A DNA stretch of 57,696 nt, the filler included, from Sphacelaria rigidula (lineage: Eukaryota), in NCBI GenBank assembly GCA_964200075.2. It is 7 parts of 7 records of this genome, joined end to end, with 100 filler letters (N's around TTAATTAATTAA, not from the genome) between each part and the next. Parts side by side here need not be neighbours in the genome. Positions count along the whole stretch, not along the records: positions 41,285 to 49,440 come from CAXNAA020012098.1; positions 49,541 to 57,696 come from CAXNAA020012099.1; 5 more parts are not named here. The stretch is one strand, 5' to 3'. The notes under the pieces were generated by a model. That model was not told where the DNA came from. It worked only from the letters and a program-made list of their open reading frames with translations, and ran no database searches. The position numbers and the translations under genes are program-made. Below are positions 48,982-57,696 of the stretch, in pieces. Positions within the stretch are counted from its first letter, which is position 1. The number at the start of each line of letters is the position of its first letter.

Positions 48982-51013
48982 GTAAGTTTCGCCGAAACAT
49001 GAGATGTGTAACAAGACGTATCACTTACGGTTAATCACCGTGTTCACTCTTAGAGCGCCCACCCCTTCGGGTGGGCCATAGACGGGCTGCTGTACACGAG
49101 GGCCGGAACACCTTTGCCTGCAATGCCTACTGCGAGGGATATAATCATCGGCGAGAACTGTGCGTTTGTATGAAACAGTTTTTGAGTACCCCTTGTGATG
49201 TTACGCTGCGATCATTCCATTATTTAATGCCTTGAGTTATGGCTGCCGTGATCGGCATATGGTGCTAATTGTTTTCCCCTTTGTTCACACTTTCAACCCT
49301 ACCTCTTGTTCTTCAGGAGTCCGTGATTTTAAGGGATCAACCTATCTCCCGCCCCCGGTGTTCGTCTAGTAATGAGCGCCAGAATGTTGGAGGTGTCTCT
49401 ATTAGGAGTAGGAACGGTGCTCCGTCTCGAAAGGGATGCGNNNNNNNNNNNNNNNNNNNNNNNNNNNNNNNNNNNNNNNNNNNNTTAATTAATTAANNNN
49501 NNNNNNNNNNNNNNNNNNNNNNNNNNNNNNNNNNNNNNNNATAGAGTTTTTCCCGCCAGGTGCCTTAAGCGTATCTTAATCGGTACATTTCCCTCTAAAA
49601 GGTCAGCTGTGCAGTGCAATCAAGTCAAATCAAGAAACAATCGAGGTACTTGAGCTCGCGGTGCTGATTACAAAATCAGTCCGCCCTTTTTCAACTTCCC
49701 AGGTATTGTTTCAAGAAACACCTTCTACCACGAAATTTCATATACACATACACATTCGGACTAATTGTGTGGCGTCAAAATTTGGAAGCCTGTATTAGCC
49801 TAAAAAAGATTTCCCGTACGTAGTATGCTACTGCTCGGGTAGAATTTTTTTGTTTCCATGTGCAGCCTTCCTGTATATAAACGAAAGAAAGAAATTATCA
49901 TGAGATAGTTCCTGACCATAGTACTTGTATATTACCCGAGTTTAGAAATATGCCCCATATTCATAATTCAAGGTGCAATTTGTGCATCCAAATCTCTCCC
50001 GTACTTGAGTCTAGCGGGCAACGATGATGGCCCCGATACTTGAATCAATCTTGAGGTCAGTTGGTCGTGTAACCTCTTCGTGATTAAAACATCAAACTCA
50101 TCCTTTAACTAAAAAGTTGAGCACTCTCAGATCCAGGAAAAAATGAGTGTCTGCCTGAGGGAACTCAGAAAATAGAAGATGGTTGGATATTCACGTTCAT
50201 CGAATAGCCCGAAGCGTCGGAGATCTGCGACCATTCTCCGTCTGTCCCTCCAGCTCTGACCTGGAACGCCAACATGCTGGAGTTGATCCTTCCTGCATCC
50301 CCAGTCAATTGTTGTCCCTGAAATCGTTCGTCTTGATCCGTTGTCGGCTGTGCTTAGGTGAGCCCTAGCGCGTGGTGTATTTCGTGGCCCGTGGCGAAGG
50401 ATACATAGTTTTATCTTTTGTATTATTGGAGAGTGTCTAGACTGAGTTGACCCTATGACTGAGGGATCAGATGTTGAGAGTGAGCTCATGGCAGCTCGGT
50501 AGCTGCCATGAGCGGGATACTGTAGTCACACACACTCGACTACCAGTACCCGCACGTGCGCATCATCATTCTATCCGCACGTGTGCATGTTCACTCAGTG
50601 TACCATTTCACATGAACATGGTGTGACACCATGAATACTCGTCGCTTGTGGGCGAGAATTACGGTTGTTATGGTATTTCACGTGTTGGCGTATGTTACGA
50701 GAGGCTCTCCCACGGTAGTTGGTGTTGTTGCTGCTGCTGGTGAAGTTGTTGCGAGGCGTACTCATGATGTTAAAGAAACGGGTGTAACGGGAAGAAGTAA
50801 TGGTGCCCGGAGTTGATGATGGAGATGAGAGAAGTTGGGGAGTTGAGAAGTTGTGGATCGATGAGGGCGATGTAGAGCCCAGCCTGCGGGGTAGAAATGT
50901 TTGACGTACGGAAGTCGATACGTCCGCCTAAAACTGACGTACTGGTGTTGACGCACGTCCGTTAATACGTCAGCCTCGATATTGGCGTATTGTTGTTCCT
51001 TCCGTCGGTAGAT

Positions 51014-54000
51014 TCATGGAGATTTCCCGAAATCGGCGAATGCATTGAGTAGTCTTCGGTGGATTGACCGCTCGCAATATTTTGTGAGTATGTCGGCCAA
51101 TTGTTCGGTAGTTCTGATATAATTAATGGTGATCTTACCATGGGTGATGAGGTCCTTCAAGCTGAAAAAACGAATCGCGAGATGTTTGCTTTCGTTTCGG
51201 TAGTTTGCATTTGAAGAAACATGAAGAGCTCCCTGGGAGTCGGAGAAGATGATCGAAGGTCGAATAGATGACCAACCGAGCTCTTGCAGAAGATTAAAAA
51301 GGTAGGTACCGAACTTTCCTTCTCTCGCCAGAGCTATGAGTTCAGCTTCCGTAGTTGAAGTAGCTGTGATCCGCTGCAGGCTTGAAGAAAAATGCACTAA
51401 TCCACCCGTTATTAAAAACATCGTTCCCGAAGTAGATCTCATCTTTCCTTCGATGCCACTGTTTCCATAACTGCTATTACAGAATCCCCGAAGATCCAAA
51501 TTATTCCCCGAAGAGCGTTAGACGATGGGTAGGTCCGGGGTTCCTTTGGGGTAGCGGAAAATGCGTTTCACAGCCGCCAAGTGTTGTGTCGTAGGTCTAC
51601 TCATATAGCGAGCAACCTGAGTGACGCTGAAGGCTATATCGAATCTCTTGCACTGGGATAGAAAGATCAAGCTTCCCACCATAGCTTGATACTGCTTCAT
51701 CCCTTGAAGATCCGGTAGATGTTCCTCCGAAGCTGGAAGTGTATTATTGATGATCCCTGATGTATGCACCGAATTACCAGACTCCAGCTTCAATTTTTGT
51801 AGTAAGGAGAGGACGTACTTGTGCTGAGAAAATTTGAGTATTCCCTGTTCTGTATCCCTCGTTATCTCCATGCTAAGGATAAGGGACACTGGTCCAACCT
51901 CTGAAATGGAGAATCCCTTCTGTAGTTTATCTTGAACGTCTTGAAGAAGATTGATCGAAGGTCCGGTCAGAAGGATGTCATCCACAAACAGCATAAGCAT
52001 GACGTATTTATCACCGTGTCCTCTCGTATAGACGCAGTGGTCGCTCGCAGTAGGAGTGAAGCCGATTTTTCTCAGCTCGGAGTCTACCGTTGCGTTCCAT
52101 ACATTGGGACTCTGACGCAGACCGTAAAGGGCCCGGCGCAAAAGCATCACATGTGGTTGCCCGGTAGTAGCGTCCGTTGTCTCAAATCCAGGTGGCTGCT
52201 TGCAAAATACTGTCTCCTGTAGCTTTCCATTCAAAAAGGCTGTTTGAACATCGAGGGCAATTATTGGCCAGTTTTTTGCAGTTGCAATTGCAAGGAGGAT
52301 TCGCTGACTCTCCAGTCGGCAGACTGGTGCGGAAGAGCTCCCGCAGTCGAAGCCGTGTCGTTGTGCCCAACCCTGTACAACTAGTCAGGCCTTGAATCGT
52401 CCGTCGGCTTTGACCTTGTAGACCCATCTTGTGCCAATGATGTTGTTGTTCGGCGGAACTTTTTCAGCTGGAATAGTGTCGGCCACGCGATGGTCTTGAA
52501 TGCTGAGGAGTTCGTTTAACATGGCTGCTCTCCATTTGTTGCGAAAGGTGAAGAAGATTCTTGTTTGTAGTTGTTGGGAACTGGAATCGATGCAGGTGGC
52601 ACTACGCTTTCTATGCCAACCGTTCCGATATACTGTAGAACAGTTTCCAGAGCCATGTATTGCTATGACGAATGTTCCGCCGTCAGAGCTATTTTACGTA
52701 GTTCATTGGACTGCTGTTTAGTCGTTGAAGATGTTGCATTAGGCTGTTCCACACTGCCAGCAGATCGAAGTCGCATTGGATGCGTTGAAGTAGTAAAACT
52801 GTCCTCGGCATTTTCCAGCTGCTTGTTACCTTCAAAAACGTTGTTGTTGAAGTCGAAATTATTCTGATTAGTGTGTTCCTCGTATTGTTGATTGTCGATA
52901 TTTCCCTCCCAAGTATTCGGAGTTGGTTCTTGCCACAAATTCGTTGGAGCTCCGGATGCTTGCTCAATGAATATGACGTTTCTGGAACTACTAATCCTGC
53001 CAGAGTGCCGGTCGTAGATGCGGTATGAAGGGCTGTCGCTGTCGTACCCTATTAGAACTCCCTCCCATGCCTTGTCCTCCAGTTTGTTGAGGTGCCCTTC
53101 CTTGTGTACGAACGCACGACAACCTATGGTGCGTAGAAACGATAATTTGGCCTGTTTTCCAAACATCCTGTAGTACGGTGTTTCTCCGTTGATGCTACTA
53201 TGGGGTAGACGATTCAGTAAAAATACTACCGTCGCTGCTATTTCACCCCATAGGTACTTGGGCAGGTGCCCTTCGTTCAAGAGGCAACGGGTTGTGTTGA
53301 GAATAGTTCTTCCGTCGCGTTCTGACATACCATTCTGCTGAGGAGTGTAGGTGGCGGTGAACTCTTGGATAATTCCGGTCGTTTTGCAGTATCGACGAAA
53401 ATGCTCTGCTGTGAATTCTCCTGCGCGATCTGACCGCAGGTGATGTACTCGAAGTCCTTGAGGAATCGCCACGTCTTCAATGAAATTGCAGAGAGTCGAA
53501 AGCGCCTGACTCTTTGCTCTGATGAAATATACGACTTTCAGTCTACTGAAATGGTCAGTAAATCTAGCCATGTACCTGTATCTTCCCAATGCAGTTGGTG
53601 TGATGGGGCCTGATAAGTCGGTAGTTACCAATTGAAGACGATCCGTCAATGAAGAAAAATCCGCCGTCTTCGGATGGTTCTGCTGGGTGCTTTTATCCAG
53701 CATGCAGGTGTCACAGGAAACAATTTAACCTGGAAACTTTACGCCTGTCTCTAGAATATTCATTATACGACGCATGACAGGTTCAGCTGGATGGCCTCGG
53801 CGTCGATGCCAGGTTTCTGCACTTACAATGGTTGAGACAGCCGCGGGATCGTCCTCGGTGGCCATAGCTCTAAATGCTGTCCCTTGACCCATGCAGTCTC
53901 CAGAAACCACCTCAGCTGTTAACGTAGACCCGGAGTTGGTGCGGAAGGTCTTCTGATCCCGCATAATTTCCATGTTGAGGAAGTGTAGTGTACCGGAATT

Positions 54001-54339
54001 GTCGGTCCGGATAGGAATTTTGAGGCTTCCAAGATCCACGTGAGAATTTACCGAAAATATAGTTGATACTCCTTTCAGTGATGCTTCGACAGGTGAGAAG
54101 AGATGTTTGCCGAGGCCCGGCACAATGATAGCCGGAAGGCGGACGGAGTGCTCGTTGCCCTGCTGATCACAGACGATGGAGCGGAGGACACCTTTTCCCG
54201 TTCCGCAAAGTAGATGACGGCCTGCTGTCAGAATTCTCACGGGAGGATCGAGTTTTACATAGTCAAACATCTCCGCTTCAACATTCGGCAGTACTTGATT
54301 ATCGATGTAGTGATAGCTAGCCCCGGAATCACATACCAT
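51014..54339 (-). pseudogene. Copia pol (protease, integrase, RT, RNase H; several stops/frameshifts)
   Basis: ORFs 53725..54339, 52663..53703, 51518..52234 and 51014..51499 carry the canonical Copia motifs. Confidence 0.95.
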
Positions 54340-54402
54340 TTTGAATGGTATAGAAACCGGTGGCCGAGTGTTGACCCTGTCCTCAGGATCAGCAAAAAAG
54401 GT

Positions 54403-55773
54403 TTAGCCTATGCCACTCGGTGGCGAGCATAAATCGGTCACTGTCAAGGATGAAGGTCCGCTGGTATCTTGAGCTTGGTGATTCGAAGGAATAGTCGCCG
54501 ACGTCGTTGTTGATGAAGTGGTTGATGCAGGATCCATGGTGACGGTGTTGGCTTGATTCAGATAATTGGAGATGTTGTTTGCTCTGGGGTCGGAATTATT
54601 GTAGTTGCTGCTGGAGCGGCTGTTGTTGTGGCGGGTGTGTTGGCGACGACGATCGTTGTTTCCATCATGATGACTGTGGTTTCCGACCGTATTTCCATTG
54701 TTTATTTGGTTCTTACATTCAATATTGTCATATTTGTCCGTTCGGTGCAGACCACACCATTTAACAGACCTGCCGCTACTGTTGGACTGTGTTTTGGAAC
54801 GACAGTCTCGCATATGGTGACCAGGCTTACCACAGGAAAAACATTTTCCCGCGAATCGTGTAGGAGTTGAAGAATTATTTGATGATGTCGCTATCATGGC
54901 AGAATCTCCACCGCGTACTCCTTTCGACAAAATTCCGCGTGCGACGCGATTGGAATACATACTCCTCATTGTCACTTCGATGTCGGAGATGCTGAAGTCA
55001 GGATCGCGCTCCGCATCATACTTGATCCGATCATAGTCATCTGTCAAACCTTCCACCACGATGTCCGTGAGTCTATCATCTGAAATTGGCTCACCCATGT
55101 ACACCAGCTGGTCACGCAGTTCATAGACCTTGGTCAAAAACACGTCAGGATCTTGGCCAGGTGACATCTTGATGTTATCTAGCTGACGCATAAGAATACG
55201 CCGACGTTGCTTTGAAGAGTTCTCGAATTTACCGATCAGTGCCTCCCATGCAATTTTGCCATCCGGTCTTGCGTGGCCCTTCGGCTCGAAGCGAAGAAGA
55301 AAACTACCCGCTGGGCCTGTAGTTGTCAAGTATAGTATATTGAACAACTGTTCATTACAGCGATCCCAATTCTCAATTTCAGATCTGTTGGCCACAATTC
55401 TCACATGAGTGTCCTCCTGAGATAAGTCCACTCCGCTACCAGCCGGGTCCTGAACTGAATCTCATGTTGCTGGATCTCTTGGTTCTGCTGCCTCTTCTGA
55501 TGAAGACGGTGGAGTTCCTTGGGAGCGGGTGTGTGGCGGCGTTGATCTTGATGTTGGTCTTGCAATCGGAGGTGATTGAGCACCTTGAATGTGCTCCACG
55601 TCATCAAAACTTTCCGCGGGACGTGTACCCCCATTCATAATATCTGAGATCCCTGGATGTGTCAGGGAAATCATTGCGAGCGTACTGCGCTTCCATTCGA
55701 GGAAATTAGTGCCGTCAAATTTCCTGATGCTCCTGACAACTTGTGCAACAGATGACTCTCCCTGACTGTTCAT
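54403..55773 (-). pseudogene. Copia gag (interrupted near 55430-55462)
   Basis: ORFs 55462..55773 and 54403..55431 with UBN2-like gag helices and a CCHC knuckle. Confidence 0.9.
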
Positions 55774-55959
55774 CTTGTTGCAAAAATGTGTTAATGTTCA
55801 CCACACTTGAAACCTTGTGTACTTGAAAAAATATCAAGGCTTGACAATTATCACTTTTCTGATGCAGTGACGACCTTGATGGGAAGTCCCTTCGCTGGTG
55901 CTGACCGATGTAGTCTCAAGTCGAATGTTGATGACTTGATGACCTGGTCGCGAATCGAA

Positions 55960-55970
55960 GGCTCATAAAC
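55960..55970 (-). promoter_or_regulatory. Probable Copia primer-binding site next to the 5' LTR end
   Basis: Minus strand reads ..CCAGCA|GTTTATGAGCC, close to the GGTTATGGGCCC-type PBS of many Copia elements, about 190 nt upstream of the gag ATG. Confidence 0.6.
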
Positions 55971-57696
55971 TGCTGGAAGAATTCGTGTCCGTGGCACCGT
56001 CCGTACGACAGACCGACCACTGTTCAGCGAACAGTAGTAGCAGAGGTTGCACCCTGATCGAGAAATCAGTTGCGTCTGCAGCTCAGAATAAATCAGTGAG
56101 ACAAAAAGTTGATTGGGCGCTTATTTGGCCAAGAAAAGCCGAAATACACAGTTCCTTCAGAAAGCAGGAATTGGGGCGTTGAAGGAGAGTGACCTTGGAG
56201 GGCGATGAGAACCACCAGCTCCGTCCCTCAATCCCTGGAACCAAAAAGCAAGTGCTACACCTACGTGACCAAACGCTTCCATGTCACTTGCGTGGCAGAG
56301 TGCCAGTTCATAGACTAGACCCTTGCTCAAGCTACGGCACTAACAAACACTGGCAGTACACTGTCGTATCCTACGAGCTTCCGTGGCCAGATCAATAGGA
56401 TATGTAACTCAAGGATCCATACAAAAAAGGTACTTGTACCCGGGATGTCCCGCGCTACTTGAACCGTGACTGGTTGTCCCGCTAAGTTGCTACGAGAGTA
56501 AGAACTCACACAAGCAGCTAGGCTGTACAGATTTCCAACACCACAGACAGTACAGACAACAGTACCGCGTGGCATTATTCCAAACCATAGACAGGTAGCA
56601 TATGCTATAAAGACAGTACTGTTATGGGGGTGAATGAAGGCCTTACCGACCAAAAATCCGTGGTCGACAAGACAAAATACGAACGCGGAGGGATATTGAA
56701 GACGTAGTGAAGAATTCATTAACTGGTCGGACCTGTGCCGAACCTGTGCCGAACTTGTGCCGAACACAACACACGCTCCACCCCAAGTTACCTACGTTTA
56801 GTATGCGATAGCTGTCATTTTTTCATTGCATAATTGTCGAGACAGGAAGCAAACCGGCCTGTAGCACTTGGCAGCCCCCGCGCACACACTAGATCTGTTC
56901 ATCGCCGCGACGGGCTTGCTCAATTCGCCACAGCGGATCCGAAACGCCCCCGAACGTCGAAGAAAACGCAATTGTTAGTACATTTTGGCGGTTTTCAGAG
57001 TGCTGCAAAGTGCTGCGGGCTCCGCGGCACGCATTACGGCAAGCCGTTGCGGCGCTGAAACGTTCTGGTGTGTTGGAAGCGCACGCATCAAACCGCACTC
57101 CAATCCTTTGCTTCATTGCCGAGATATCTGCTTTAGCAACTCGCCACTTGCGGCTTCAGGAACAGCGGCGTGTATCGAGGTGGAACATGGGGAATTCTCA
57201 AAAGCTTGGTGTTTCGAAACTCAAGAGAAAAGCGACCTCCCGCGGAGCATGGAGGACGTACAAGGAAAAAAACGATCAAGACGTATCCTGTGCCTTGACA
57301 GCCGCGCGCAAGGTCAAGGCGGCACCTAAACGCGCGGAGAAGGCTGAAAACGAGCTCAAGACGGCTACAGGAAGGCTTAACGCGGTCAGCGAAATGTTTC
57401 ACGCGTCTGTTCCATGTCAGAGTGTTGGGTCCAGCGCATAAGCTAAGCCGGTGCGCCCAATTTTCATTGCGGTCCTTTGGTCCTTTCACAGTCGGGAGAC
57501 AGCAATTACCAGTGGATCCTACAAAATGGGGTTCATACAAAATATCGGGTTGAAGTGGCATTTCTCTTTTGCAGGAAAGACGCAAAACACTTGCGACCGA
57601 GCGGAGCCATCTTTCCCTCCAAATGTCCGCAGCAGTTGAGCAGCTGTGGCTAGGTGCACCTAACGAGTGCGGTGTACACGCATGTCGATGACGATA

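Larger units (their letters stand above)
51014..55970 (-). mobile_element. Degenerate Ty1/Copia LTR retrotransposon internal region (gag-PR-IN-RT-RH)
   Basis: gag KFDGTNFLEWK and zinc knuckle CFSCGKPGHHMRDC; protease DSGASYH; WHRRRGHP pre-integrase; integrase DLSGP, LRSDRAGEF, TPQQNGMSER; RT ALYGLRQSP, LFVDDILL; RNase H STTEAELIAL, SDSQGAL, QLADILTK. IN before RT is Copia order. Confidence 0.97.

Overview
Eukaryotic, transposon-rich genomic DNA. The repeat style and long GT-AG introns suggest a brown alga/stramenopile, but this is inference only. The window is not one locus: it is seven segments of 8156-8157 nt joined by 100-nt artificial linkers (44N-TTAATTAATTAA-44N), so adjacency across linkers means nothing. 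Main contents: (i) a decayed Ty3/Gypsy pol (about 24.8-30.5 kb) carrying an extra C5-cytosine-methyltransferase-like domain between RNase H and integrase, plus chromo-like and Tudor-like C-terminal domains; this is the most unusual signal in the window; (ii) a decayed Ty1/Copia element on the minus strand (51.0-56.0 kb); (iii) a multi-exon F-box-like/WD40 gene (41.5-49.0 kb) with a near-full-length decayed RTE-type LINE in one intron; (iv) two tRNA-derived SINE families, CACTA- and PIF/Harbinger-type MITEs, a MITE with telomere-like repeats, orphan LINE 3' ends, foldbacks and micro/minisatellites, often nested. All protein assignments come from motif recognition by eye; no searches were run.
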